From: Mobula hypostoma
Taxonomy: Eukaryota
Length of the DNA: 64,000 bases
Reading direction: 5' to 3'
Assembly (NCBI RefSeq): GCF_963921235.1
Contig: NC_086108.1
Location: 82,648,001 to 82,712,000, forward strand
The notes under the pieces were generated by a model. That model saw only the letters and a program-made list of their open reading frames with translations. It had not been told where the DNA came from and made no database searches. Shown one piece after another: positions 35,811 to 48,924 of the stretch. Position 1 is the first letter of the stretch. Every line of letters begins with the position of its first letter. Position numbers and translations under genes: made by a program.

Positions 35811-36067
35811 TTGCTTTTAAAAGAGGTCAAAATAACTTAAATATTGTTAAAATTTTAGTTCATCTTCCAGTTTCACTCCAGTCACTGGTAACATCACTGA
35901 AACTGCTTGTTTATGTGCACAACCTGGTTTCAGGCTGCCCAGAGCCCAATGTAGCCTGTCACCTGAAAATACCTTGAAACTGGACCCTTTTCTTCTGATT
36001 TTTAATCAAAGTTTTAACCTGATTTCAAGTAAGGAATTCCTTGTATTAATATAAATTTGCTTTTACG

Positions 36068-38645
36068 AATCATAAAGTCAAAGAGTACCATAGCACCAAA
36101 ACAGGCCCTTCAGCCCATCTAGTTCCTGCCAAACTATTAATCTGCCTAGTCCCATTGAGCTGCACCAAACATGGCCGTCCATATCCTTCCCATCCATGGA
36201 TCTATCCAAATCTCACTTAAATGTTGAAATTAACCTCACATCCACCACTTGCACTAGCAGCTCATTCCACACTCTCACCACCCTCCGAGTCAAGTTCTCT
36301 CTCATGGTCCCTTTAAACATTTCACCTTTCGCCTTTAACCCATGACATCTAGCTCTAGTCTCACCTAACCTCAGTGGAAAAAACCTGCTTGTATTTATTC
36401 TATCTATAACCCTCATAATTTGCATAACTATCAAATCTACCCTCAGTGTTCTGAATTCTAGGGAATGAAGTCCTAACCTGTTTAACACTTCCCTATAACT
36501 CAGGTCTTCCAGTCCCAGCAACATCCTTGAGAATTTTCTCTGCACTCTTTTAATCTTATTTACATCCTTCCTGTAGGTTTGGTGACCAAATCCTCAGACA
36601 ATAGTCCATATTCTGCCTCACCAAAGTCTTAAAAAGTCTTATACAATTTCAACATAACATCCCAACTCCTGTACTAAGTACACTTGATTTATGAAGGCCA
36701 ATGTGCCAAAAACTGCCTTTACAACTGTCTCTATCTGTGACACCATTTTCAAGGAAATCTGTATTGTCAGATCCCTCTGTTCTACCACATTCCTCAGTGC
36801 CCCACAGCTCACCATGTAGGAGGCACCTTGTTGGTCCTCCCAAAGTGCAACACCTTACACTTGCCTGCATTAAATTCCATCTGCCGTTTTCCAGCCCATT
36901 TTACCTGCTTGTTCAGATCCTGCTACAAGCTTTGATAGCCTTCCTCACTGTCCACCACAACCCAATCATGGTGTCATCTTCAAATTTGCTAATCCATTTT
37001 ACCACAGTATCATCCAGATCATTGATATACTGTAGAGGGTAAACAATAACAGACCTAGCACTGATCCCTGGGGCACACCACTAGTCACAGGCCTGCAGTC
37101 AGAGGGGCAACCACCTACAACCACTCTCTGACTTCTACTGCAAAGCCAATGCCTAATCCAATTTACTTCCTCATCTTGAATACCAAGTGACCTTCTTGAC
37201 CAACCTCAAATGCGGGACCTTGTAAAAGGCCTTGCCAAAGTCCATGTAGACAACATCCACTGCCTTGCCTTCATCAACTTTGCTGGAATTTTCCTCAAAA
37301 AAACTCTATAAGATTGGTTAGACATGAGTTATCACATACAAAGTCATGTTGCCCATCTCTAATCAGTCCCTGAATATCCAAATACTTATATATCCGGTCC
37401 CTCAGAATACCTTCAAATAACTTTCTCACTACTGACGTCAGGTTTATCAGGCTGTAATTTCCTGGCTTATTCCTAGAGCCTTTCAGTAACAATGGAAAAA
37501 CATTAGCTATCCTCTAATCCTCCGGCACCTCACCCTTGGCTAATGATGTTTAAATATCTCTGCTACAGCCCCTGCAATTTATTCACTAGCCTCCCACAGG
37601 GTCCAGGGGAACACCTTGGCAGGCCCTGGAGATTTATCCACCTAATTTACCTCAAGACAGCAAACATTTCCTCCTCTGTATAGGGTCCATGACCTTGCTG
37701 CTACTTTGCCTCACACCTGTCAACTCAGTGTCCGTCTCTCGAGTAAATACAGATGCAAAAAATCAATTTAAGATCTCCCACATCTCTTTCAGTTCCATTA
37801 ATAGATTATCATTCTGATCTTCCAGAGCACCAGTTTCGTTCCCTGCGATTCTCTTGTTCTTAATATATCTGTAGAAGGCTTTAAGATTCTCTTTCACCTG
37901 GTCTGCCCCAGCAAGCTCTTTTAGCTCTCCTGATTTCCTTCGAAAGTGTCCTCTTGCAGTTCCTATACTTTTCAAGTACCTCATTTGTTTCTGCCTGCCT
38001 ATACCTGCTATGCATTTCCTTCTTTTTCTTAACCAGGACCTTAATATCTTTCAAAAACCAACGTTCTTTAAACCTGTTACCCTTGCCTTTTATTCTGACA
38101 CACTCTACTATCTGTTCTGGTACTCTGGTTCCCATCCCTGTACAACTGTAGTTTAACCCTCCTCCCTGTACAGCACTAGCGAACCTTCCCACTAGGATAT
38201 TAGTCCACCCCCCAGTTCAGGTGCAAACCGTCCCTTCTGTACATGTCCCACCTTCCCTGGAGGAAAGCCCAATGATCCAAACATCTGCCCTGCATCAACT
38301 CCATAGCCATGTGTTAAACTGTATGTCCTTGCTACAGTATTTCTGGCCTCACTAGCATGTGGCATGTGTAACAGTCCTGTGTTCACAGTCCTGGAGGCCC
38401 TGTCCTTTAACTTAGCACCCTGAACTCACTTTTCAGGACCTCGTAGCCCCTTCTACCTCATTGGTACTGAGGTGGACTACAACCTCTGGCTGCTCACCAT
38501 GCTGCTTAAGAATGCTGAGGACTCGATCTGAGATGTCCTGGCGCTCAGGAGGCAACAGACCATCTGCGCATCTCAGTTTCATCCACAGAACCTCCTTGCT
38601 GTTCCTTATCCATCCTTTCACTACACTTTCCCCTTCCTGCTGGCC
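36068..38645 (-). mobile_element. Long decayed CR1 LINE, antisense (ORF2 plus ORF1 remnants)
   Basis: ORFs 36213-36545 (C-terminus), 37295-37492 (KGSRNKPGNYSLINLTSVVRKLFEGILRD...CLTNLIEFF), 37763-37984 (KENLKAFYRYIKNKR), 38433-38711 (GEQPEVVVHLSTNE, esterase-like ORF1). Confidence 0.9.
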
Positions 38646-38646
38646 A

Positions 38647-39412
38647 CATAGAAACTTAGAAAACCTGCAGCACACTACAGGCCCTTCGGCCCACAATGTT
38701 GTGCCGAACATGTACTTACTTTAGAAATTACCTCGGGTTACCCATAGCCCTCTATTTTCCTAAGCTCCATGTACCTATCCAAGTGCCTCTTAAAAGACCC
38801 TATTGTATCCGTCTCCACCACTGTCACCGGCAGCCCATTCCATTGATTCACTACTCTCTGCGTAAAAAACTTGTCCCGACATCTCCTCTGTACCTACTTC
38901 CAAGCACCTTAAAACTGTGCCCTCTCATGTTAGCCATTTCAGCCCTGGGAAAAAGCCTCTGACTATCCACATGATCAATGCCTCTCATCATCTTATACAG
39001 CTCTATCAGGTCACCTCCCATCCTCCTTCATTCTAAGGAACAAAAGGCTGAGTTCTCTCATAAGGCATGCTCCCCAATCCAGGAAAGATCCTGGTAAATC
39101 TCCACTGCACCCTTTCTATAGTTTTCACATCCTTCCTGTAGTGAGATGACCAGAGCTGAGTACAGTACTCCAAGTGGGGTCTGACCAGGATCCTATATAG
39201 CTGTAACATTACGTCTCGGCTCTTAAACTCAATCCCACGGTTGATGAAGGCCAGTACATCATATGTCTTCTTAACCACAGAGTCAACCTGCATAGCAGCT
39301 TTGAGTGTCCTATGGACTTGGACCCCAAGATCCCTCTGATCCTCCACACTGCCAGGAGTCTTACCATTACTACTATATTCCGCCATCATATTTGACCTAC
39401 CAGAATGAGCCA
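38647..39412 (-). mobile_element. Younger CR1 3' end, antisense
   Basis: ORF 39033-39425 (QRDLGVQVHRTLK...LVRPHLEYCTQLWSSHYRKD); close inverted counterpart of 48131-48924. Confidence 0.9.
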
Positions 39413-39842
39413 ACATAGTTACCACTATCTTGTACCTCTAATAGTCAATTGTTCCAAATCTACCATTTACTACAAAAGAAGAACAAAATACTAGAAATAC
39501 TTTGTAGCCTAGGTAACATTTACAGAAAAAGTGAGATGCAAGAGGGTATCGATCTCCTGATCTTCCAGAGGACCAATTTTGTTTCCTGCCAAAGGATAGC
39601 AGGGAACAAAATTACTCGTCTGGAAGATCAGAGTGATATATTGGAACATTCCCAACATATTTTCTTTATATTACCTCGGTACCATCCACCATTCACTGCT
39701 TTTTGCTTTACGTTTTATGCCCCCCTTTTGTACTTTATCTGAACTGCAATTAATTCACAAGAAAACTTTTTTTCCTGGATTAGGAACAATCAAGGATCAA
39801 TGTTTATCTTTATTCAGCATGTACATTTGCATGTGTTAGGAT

Positions 39843-40135
39843 TTTATATTTATTTAGCGATCCAGTGTTGAACAGGCCCATCGAGCAGTACTGCCCAGCG
39901 ACCTACCTATTTAACCCCAGCCTAATCACAGGGCAACTTACAATGACCAAGTAACCTACCAACCAGCATGTCTTTGGTCTGTGAGTGGAAACTGGGGCAG
40001 CTGGAGGAAACTGGGGCACTTGGAGGAAACCCACATACTCACAGGAAGGACGTACAAACTTCTTACAGAGGACGGCAAAACTGAACTTCAAACTCTGATG
40101 TCCAAGCTGTAATAGCATCATGTTAACCACTACTG
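39843..40135 (-). mobile_element. V-SINE (HE1/DANA-like)
   Basis: 'gtctttggtctgtgagtggaaactggggcagctggaggaaac...ccacatactcacaggaaggacgtacaaact' V-domain with a short internal duplication. Confidence 0.75.
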
Positions 40136-42194
40136 TGGCACTCTAGTTTGGGGTGGTGTGTTGATTAGGGTGCACCATGCAACAGAAACAATAATAATGT
40201 ATAAAGTATTATATAAAAATGAAGAAATATATAGAAATAAAAAAATCATGCTGCAAATAATGGGAAGAAATCTTGCTTCAGAATTTTACTCACAGAGTTA
40301 ACATAAATTAATATTAGCATGCAGATTATTAATGTGTAGTCAGATTTCCATAGGAAAGAGAACATGCAGTGACAGGTGCCCATGAGTTTGTTCGTTGTTC
40401 CCAAGTACAATATTTGGCCTTTGCAGTTGCCGGTTCATGCCAGCTTTAATTATAAAACTGAACAATGAAAAATATATTTTGTGAATGTCACTCCAAATAA
40501 TTAAAATTTTTTGGAGGGAAATTCATCCAATGGAACAGTAAAACTGAAGATTCTTCTCCAACTGATTATCTGAAACTGCCCTAATTGAACACAAGAACTC
40601 GAGAAGCAAGAGCAACAGTAGATCACATGGCCCCACAAATCTGCTATATTAAATAAGATAATGGTTGATTTTATCCTTGGCCTTGTCTGCAATTCAAAAA
40701 TCTATCTGTTTCAGCCTCGAGTATGTTTGATGACTTGAGTGAGTGTCAACTGTTCTTTAGGGTAGAAAATTCACAACCTTCTTGGAGATAACATTCCACC
40801 TCATCTTCGTATTAGAATATCAACTACTTAACTGGAGTCTCTGCCTCCAGTTCCAGATATCCCCACCAACATTTAACCTGTCTGATAATTAAACTTTGAG
40901 CTATTCTTGAAGATTTCCATAGCATCTCATGGGATACCATTTGGAAAACCAATTGCACTACATCTATTTGCTTCCCATTCATTTCATTTCTTGCTGTATC
41001 CTCAAAAATTCTAATAAATGTGCTAAACATGATTTTTCTTTCACAAAACTGTATTTACTCTTCTTATATGTGTTAGGTATTTTTACATACTTCCATAATA
41101 ATGGTTTCTGGCATTCGCCCAGGAATAGGAAAATGACTGAAAAAGTAGAGGTTAACTGTTCAGAGTATCAAATGAAATCTAGTCAAGGAGGAAAAGTCTA
41201 GGAGTGAGCTACTAAGTATTAGTTATGTTCACAGGAGTAAAGGGGACTGCAGTTGATATTCAGGATGGTGTAAACATTGAAAAAGAAAAGACTCTTGGAA
41301 GGCTACGTGCAAAGGAAAGTGGATAAATCACCTGGCACAGATCAAGGATCGACTTTATTCATCATATACATTTACATGTGTTAGGAATTTGCTGTGATGA
41401 GATGGCATGCCATAAAGCACCATTCAACAATTACAAAGAATAACAAATCATATAAAAAGTTTGAGGTTAAAGTATGGATATGGAATAAATGTGCATACAT
41501 ACATTAATACCAGCACAAGGTGCATCCTAGTTTGCTGAAGGAAGTTCAATTGAATTTTTAGTCACGGTTAACTCAATTCCCTTCAACAATAGTGGGAAAC
41601 TTGGCAATCCTAATGTCAGTGAGCATCAAGGGTAAGTGGTTAGATTCTTTCTCAGTGCAGATGATTATTCCATTACTTTGCTGACAATTATGGGTAGATT
41701 GACTAAGAAGTGGTTAGTCAGAAAGGATTTGATTTTTTTTCTGTGAACAGTATGTGGCTGGGCAGTGTTTCGCATTGTCAGCTGTTTTCCAGTATTGTAA
41801 TTCTATTGCTAGACCAACTTCTCTGGAAACACAGCTGGTTTTGGAGTGCAGATCTTCAGCACTATGACTAGAACATTGCCGTTACTGTATCTAGTACCTT
41901 TAGCAGTTACCCGATATAATGTGGAGTGAATCGAGTTGGCTGAAAATAACTTGTGTGAAGGTTGGGATCGCAGGTGGAAGCTAATCATGATTGCAAAAGC
42001 ACAAACCTAGGCTTCTCCTGCATTGAGCTCAAGCATGGGATGTTCTTGGAGACTCTTCCGCTTATTGATGTTGAGTTGTTCACCCCTTTTCATTGACTGG
42101 ATGTAGCTTGACTGCAGATTTTTTGTCTGATCAGTTGTTTGTGAGCTGATTTACCTCTGCCCATTGAAAAGTTGTTCTTGATGTTTTTCACTAT

Positions 42195-42590
42195 GTTAGC
42201 ACCTCCCTCCTGATCTCTGTTCTAAAGGGTCGTCTTTCTACACTGAGGCTGTTCTCTCCGGTCCTAGATGCTCCCACGATTGAAAACATCCTCTCCATGT
42301 TCACTCAGTCAGCCTCAGTGAGGTCCCCCGTCATTCTTTTCAACTCATTGAGTACAGGCCCGGAGCCATCAAACACTCATCATACAATAACCCTATCTTT
42401 CTTGGGATCATTCTCCTAAGCCTCCTCTGGACCCTCTCCAATGACAGCACATACAGTACTCTCTTAGATATGAGGCACAACAACTACTGCACAAGGATTC
42501 CCAAATCCCTTTCACCTCCGATATCCAAATTTTCTCCTTGTTTAGACAATAGTCAATGCCCATATACATAAATAGTCTATATTTAGAGAA
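42195..42590 (-). mobile_element. CR1 fragment, antisense
   Basis: 'cactgaggctgttctctccggtcctaga...ctcattgagtacaggcccggagcc...cctcctctggaccctctccaatgacagc' is the reverse complement of the subfamily at 21600-21900. Confidence 0.75.
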
Positions 42591-42974
42591 TAGAATTCCA
42601 GAGGTATGGTGCAAGTGACTATCCTTACCTCAAGGCACTACTTAAATAAATATGGCATCACAAAGCTCTGGTAAAACTGAGGTGAAAATGCATCAAGGTG
42701 AAAATATTTCAATGGGCGAAAATCATCTCTTGCAGAAAGGTTAATATTTATGGTTATTGGAAGCCCAGTCTCAGGCAATCATTGCAGGAGTTCTTCTGAG
42801 TAGTGTCTGTGGCTCAACCATTTTCATTTGTTTGATTAATGACTGGTCTTCCACCAGTAAGTTAGAGGGAACCTCAGACCTCAATACTTCAATGCATCAG
42901 TGATGGGCAAAGGAAATAATGAAGAAGTCAGAACTGGAGAAACAAAGAGCACTTGGACCTATGCTCGGCTGGAC

Positions 42975-43350
42975 TTCCCCGTGGATCGTCACCTTGTGGT
43001 TGTGGAGAGACTTGTGAGTTCCTGAGGTCCGTCTGGAGTTTAGCTCCTGGTAGGGTCACCCATGGTGGGAAGGTCAAGGGGAAGGTTCAGACAAAGGTCA
43101 TTCCAACCAAGTCCGTAACAGTGGAGCAGGAGGAAGATGATGACAGATGAAAACACCAGTGAAGACAGAGGAAGGCTGCAGCAGTGAAGGGTCCTTAGTT
43201 GTATTACATTCCATGTCACTGGACCCTGACCCCAATCTGTCACGGAACATGTGGTGACCAGTGCATCAGCCTCCCCATGTTAAACAAAGTCGCGCACAGG
43301 CATTCTCCATTAAGGGAATAACATTTTACGAGAACATCATGCACAACTCG
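42975..43350 (+). mobile_element. RTE-like non-autonomous element / 5' region
   Basis: Begins 'tcgtcaccttgtggttgtggagagacttgtg...tagggtcacccatggtgggaaggtcaagggg', recalled as RTE/Expander-type 5' sequence. No ORF support. Confidence 0.45.
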
Positions 43351-43779
43351 AGTGATTGCACTACTACTATTGGAAGGCTGGAAGAGATTGTAGAAAGAGA
43401 TTGTCGAAGTTATGGTGGGGTTTGAACACATGGATTTTTAAAGAGTCAAGTTTTCAGAGTGGCTGTCATTGGACTCTGGGCAATATAAGTCACCAACCAC
43501 ACAGGTAATGAATGGGAACTCTGTTTTATTGAGGTTGAAAGATAGAAGGCTGCTCAAGAGAATATTTTAGATGCTTATTTCTGGAGATAGAAAATCTATA
43601 AATAAGCATTCCAGAGCAGATCCTTTGAATAAGCGATATAATACAAGACTGCTTGTAGACAGCTTTGGTGATAGTGAAGAAATAAAAATGAAAGCTTGTC
43701 TTGGGACTAAACAAGTCAGTGAAATTGCAGATCTTTTGTACTGGTAGAATACAAAGTCACTAAATTACAGCTAATTAAA

Positions 43780-46700
43780 TCAAGTAGGGATGATGCAAGA
43801 TCAGGTGACGTGGGAGCTGGTAGATCCCATTGTGGTTCCTGGCGACCACACCTGCAGCAAGTGTTGGCTGCTTGAAGAACTCGGGCTCGAGGTTAGCTTC
43901 CTCAAATTCGGTCTGAGGTCAGGGACAAGAGGGTGTGACTGCGAGTGGGGCAGTAGTGGGATCCAAGAGACAGTGCTGGAGGAGCCTCAGCCCTTGAGCT
44001 TGTCCAACAGATCTGTGATTTTTGCTCCCTGTGTGGATGACAGTAGGACTGTAGGAAGGATGTGCAACCTAACTGTGGCACCATAGTTCAGGGAGTCATT
44101 CAAGAGTTGGGTGGGGGGGCGTTGAGAAGAGAAATGTATTGATAATTGGGGATAGTATAGTCAGGGGAATAGACACGGGTTTGGGACATCTTATCTGACC
44201 TGCAGAGGATGTAGGTAAAATGTGGAAAGAGGTTCTACTGAGGCAATTTGAGCAGCTAGGGACTAAATTAAAAAGAAGAACCAAAAAGGTGGTAATCTCT
44301 GGATTACTACCTGAGCCATGTGAAAATTGGCATAGGATCAAGAAGATTAGAGAGTTAAGTGCATGCTCAAGGATTGGTGTGGGAGAAGTGGGTTTGAATT
44401 CATGGGAAATTGGCACAGTATTGGGGAAGGAGGGAGCTATTCCAATGGGACATGCTCCACCTGAACTGCAATGGGACCTGGATCCTAGCGAATCGCATAA
44501 CTAGGGCTGAGTATAGGGCTTTAAACTAACTAGTGGGGGGATGGTAGGGGGGGAAGTTCAACAGATTGGAGAAGTATGGATAAAGCAAAAGAGAAAAGTG
44601 TGGATAAAGATAAAGTAAAAGCAAAAGATAAAAAAGAACAACGTAAGAATGGAGTGAAGAAAAGTCAAGTGCAAAAGAGAAAAAGATTACAAGATTTTTG
44701 AAAGCACAATGAGTGTAAGGGCACTTCATCTGAATGCCCATAGTATTTGAAACAAGATCAGTCAAAAAGGGTATGATTTAGTGGCCATTACAGAAATGTT
44801 GTTGCAGGGTGGTGAGGACTGCGAATGAAATATCCAGAGATATACAGAGTCCTGGATGACTCAGGGGCAGGAATGTCTGCTGAGTGTGCGGGACTTTAGA
44901 TGTTTCAAAAAGGACAGGGAGGGAGGCAAAGGAGGTGAGGGAATGGCACTGATAATCAGGGGTAATATCACGGCTGCAGAAATGGGGAAGTCATGGAGGG
45001 ATTGTCTACTGAGTCAGTGTGGGTGGAAGTCAGAAAGAGGAAGGGGGCAATAACTCTACTGGGTGTTTTTTATAGACCAAGCCCCCAAAAGTAACAGAGA
45101 TATTGAGGAGCAGATAGGGAGGCAGATTCTGGAACAGTGCAATAATAATAAGAATGTTGTGAAGTGTGAGTTTAGCTTTCCCATTATTGACCAGCTTCTC
45201 CTTAAAGCAAGGGGTTTAGATGTGGTGGAGTTTGTTAGGTGAGTTCAGGAAAGCTTTCTTGACACAATATGTAGATAAGCCAACTAGAGGAGAGGCTGTA
45301 CTTGATCTGGTATTGGGAAATGAACCTGGTCAGGTGTCAGATCTCTCAGTGGGAGAGCATTTTGGAGGTAGTGATCACAACTCTATCTCCTTTACTATAG
45401 CGCTGGAGAGGGATAGGAACAGATAATTTGGGAAAACATTTAATTAGGGTGGGGGAAATAGGCAGGAATTTTGGAACATAAATTGGGAGCAGATATTCTC
45501 AGGGAAATGCACAGCAGAAATGTGGCAAATGTTCAACGAATATTTGCATGGCGTTCTGCATAGATATGTTCCATTGAGGCAGGGAAAGGATGGTAGGGTA
45601 AAAGAACCATGGTGTACAAAGGATGAAGAAAATCTAGTTAAAAAGAAAAGAAATGCTTACAAAAGGTTCAAGAAACTAGGTGCTGTTAGAGCTCTAGAAA
45701 ATTACAAGGGTGCCATAAGGGATCTCAAGAATGAAATTGGAGCTAGAAGAGGCCATGGGAAGGCCTTGGAAAGAAGGATTAAGGAAAACCCCAAGGCATT
45801 CAACAAGTATGGGAAGAGCAAGAGGATGAGCTGTGTGAGAATAGGACCAATCAGGGGTGAGAGTGGAAACATGTGGGGATGGAGGAGGTAGCGGAGGTAC
45901 GTAACGAATAATTTGCTTCAGTATTCACCAGTGAAAAGGACCTTGGCAATTTTGGGGATGACTGAAAGCGGACTGAAATGCTTGAGTGTAAAGATGTTAA
46001 GAAAGAGAATATGCTGGAGCTTTTGAAAGGTATTGAGTTAAATAAGTTACCGGGACTGGACAAGATAAACCCCAGGCTACTGTGGCAAGCGAGGGAGGAG
46101 ATTGCTGAGCCTCTGGCAATGATCTTTACATCATCAGTAGGGACGGGAGAAGTACCAGGGGATTGGAAGTTTGCAAATGTTGTTCCCTTGTTCAAGAAAG
46201 GGAGTAGACATAATGCAGGAAATTATAGACCAGTGAGTCTTACTTCAGTAGTGGGCAAGTTGTTGGAGAAGATCCTGAGAGGCAGGATTTATGAGCATTT
46301 GGAGAGACATAATCTGATTAGCGATAGTCAGTACGGCTTTGTCGAGGGCAGGTCATGCCTTACAAACCTGATTGAATTCTTTGAGGATGTAACAAAACAC
46401 ATTGATGAAAGTAGAGCAGTGGACGTCATGTATATGGATTTCAGTAAGGCATTTGATAAGCTTCCCCATGCGAGGTTCATTCAGAAAGTAATGAGGCATG
46501 GGATCCAAGGAGACCTTGCTTTGTGGATGCAGAATTGGCTTGCCCACAGAAGGCAAAGGGTGGTTGTGGGTAGTTCTTATCCTGCATGGAGGAGAGTGAC
46601 CAGTAATGTTCCGCAGGGATCTGTTCTGGGACCCCTCCTCTTTGTGATTTTTATTTATAACCTGGATGAAGAAGTAGAAGAGTGGGTTAGTAAGTTTGCT

Positions 46701-48130
46701 GATGATACAAAAGTTGGGGGTGTTGTGGAAAGATTGGAGGGTTGTCAGAGGTTACAGTGGGACATTGATAAGATGCAGAAGTAGACTGAACTGGCAGATG
46801 GAATTCAACTCAGATAAGTGTGAAGTGGTTCATTTTGGTAGGTCAAATTTGAAGACAATATAATATTAATGGTAAGACTCTTAGCAGTGTGGAGGATCAG
46901 TGAGATCTTGGGATCCATGTCCATTGGACACTCAAAGCTTCTGTGCAGGTTGACATTGCTGTTAGGAAGGCATATGGTGTGTTGACCTTCATGTGGGTTT
47001 GAGATCAAGAGCCGGGAGATGATGTTACAACTATATAAGACCTTAGTTAAACCGCACATGGATTATTGTGTTCATTTCTGGTCACCTCACTACAGGAAGT
47101 CAGGAAGTATGTGGATACTATAGAAAGAGTACAGAGGAGACTTACAAAGATGTTGCCTGGATTGAAGAGCGTGCCTTATGAGTATAGATTGAGTGAACTT
47201 GACCTTTTCTCCTTGGAGCGATAGAAGAAAAAGGTGACTTGATAGAAGTGTATAAGATGATGAGAAGCATTGATCAGGTGGATAGCCAGAGGCTTTTTCC
47301 CAGGATGAAATGGCTAACACAAGGGGGCATAGTTTTAAGGGCTGGGAAGTAGATACAAGGAGGTTGTCAGAGGTAAGTTTTTCACACAGAGTGGTGGGTG
47401 CATGGAATGCCAGCGAAGGTGGTAGAGGGGGATACATTAGGGTCTTTTAAGAGGCTCTTAGATAGGTACATGGAGCTTAGAAAAATAGAGAGTCATGCGG
47501 TAGGGAAAATCTGGGCAGCTTCTAGAGTAGGTTACATGGTCGGCACAACATTGTGGGCCAAAGGGCCTGTAATGTGCTGTAGATTTTCTATTTTTATGTT
47601 CTATCAGGTAACATGGAAAGATAGGCAGGAAGGTAAGGGAGGTGGGGTAGCGCTCTTAATTAAAGATGAGATCAGGGCAATAGTGAGAGGTGATATAAGA
47701 TCTAAGGAGCAGAATGTTGAATCCATCTGGGTAGAGATTAGGACTAGTAAAGGGAAAAAAAATCACTGGTATAAGTTGTCTGTTGGCCATGGAACAATAA
47801 CGTTACAATGGCACAGGCAATAAAAAGAGAAATATCTGAGGCATGTAAGAATGAAACAGCAGATGCCGTGGGGGACTTTAACATGCACATAGATTGGGTG
47901 GATCAAGTTTCGAAGAGGACTTCACAGGGTGCGTCCTTGATGGCTTTCTTGAACAGCATGTTACAGAACCTACAAGGGAACATGTTGTCTTAGATCTGAT
48001 CCTGTGTAATAAGACAGGTAAAATTAGAGATCTTGTAGTGAGGGATCCTCTTGGAAAGAGTGATCACAGTATGATTGAGTTTCTCATACAAATGGAGGGT
48101 GCAATAGTTCAATCTAAAACCGGTATATTA
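43780..48130 (+). mobile_element. Host CR1 LINE (ORF1 remnants and start of ORF2 endonuclease), interrupted at 44843/47605
   Basis: ORF1-like HTCSKCWLLEEL and KLKRRTKKVVISGLLPEP. Endonuclease DLVAITE...NIQRY resumes after the insert as QVTWKDRQEGKGGGVALLIKD...GDFN...LDLILCN...GKSDH. Confidence 0.85.
44844..47604 (+). mobile_element. Nested CR1 LINE with nearly complete but disrupted ORF2 (APE + RT)
   Basis: ORF 45978-46784 (268 aa) has NYRPVSLTSVVGKLLE, DFSKAFD, VPQGSVLGPLLF and KFADD. Upstream APE motifs LDLVLGNE and GSDHNS. Multiple stops/frameshifts; 3' tail 'ttttctatttttatgttctat'. Confidence 0.95.
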
Positions 48131-48924
48131 TGCCAAATAAGTGTGAAGTGGTTCATCTTGGTAGATCAAATATGATGGCAGAATATAGTATTAATGATAA
48201 GACTCTTGGCAGTGTGGAGGATCAGAGAGATCTTGGGGTCCGAGTCCATAGGACACTCAAAGCTGCTGCGCAGGTTGACTCTGTGGTTATGAAGGCATAC
48301 AGAGCATTGGCCTTCATCAATCATGGGATTGAGTTTAAGAGCTGAGAGGTAATGTTGCAGCTATATAGGACCCTGGTCAGACCCCACTTGGAGTACTGTG
48401 CTCAGCTCTGGTCACCTCACTACAGGAAGGATGTGGAAACTATAGAAAGGGTGCAGAGGAGATTTACAAGGATGTTGCCTGGATTGGGGAGCATGCCTTA
48501 TGAGAATAGGTTGAGTGAACTCAGCTTTTTCTCCTTGGAGCGACAGATGATGAGAGGTGACCTGATAGAGGTGTACAAGACGATGAGAGGCATTGATCAT
48601 GTGGATAGTCAGAGGCTTTTCTCTAGGGCTGAAATGGCTAACACAAGAGGGCACAGTTTTAAGCTGCTTGGAAGTAGGTACAGAGGAGGTGTCAGGGGTA
48701 AGTTTTTTACGCAGAGAGTAGTGAATGCATGGAATGGGCTGCTGACAACGGTGCTGGAGGCAGAAATAATGGAGTCTTTTAAGAGACTCCTGGACAGGTA
48801 CATGGAGCTTAGAAAAATAGAGGGCTATGGGTAACCCTAGGTAATTTCTAAAGTAAGTACTTGTTCAGCACAGCATTGTGGGCCAAAGGGCCTGTATCAT
48901 GCTGTAGGTTTTCTATGTTACTAT
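48131..48924 (+). mobile_element. Younger CR1 3' end
   Basis: ORFs 48130-48345 and 48352-48834 (LVRPHLEYCAQLWSPHYRKD...FFTQRVVNAWNGL) separated by one stop; 3' UTR intact. Confidence 0.95.

Noticed and set aside
45978..46784. 268-aa RT ORF as an active or domesticated gene
   Set aside because: It is an internal stop-free piece of a CR1 ORF2 that is disrupted on both sides.
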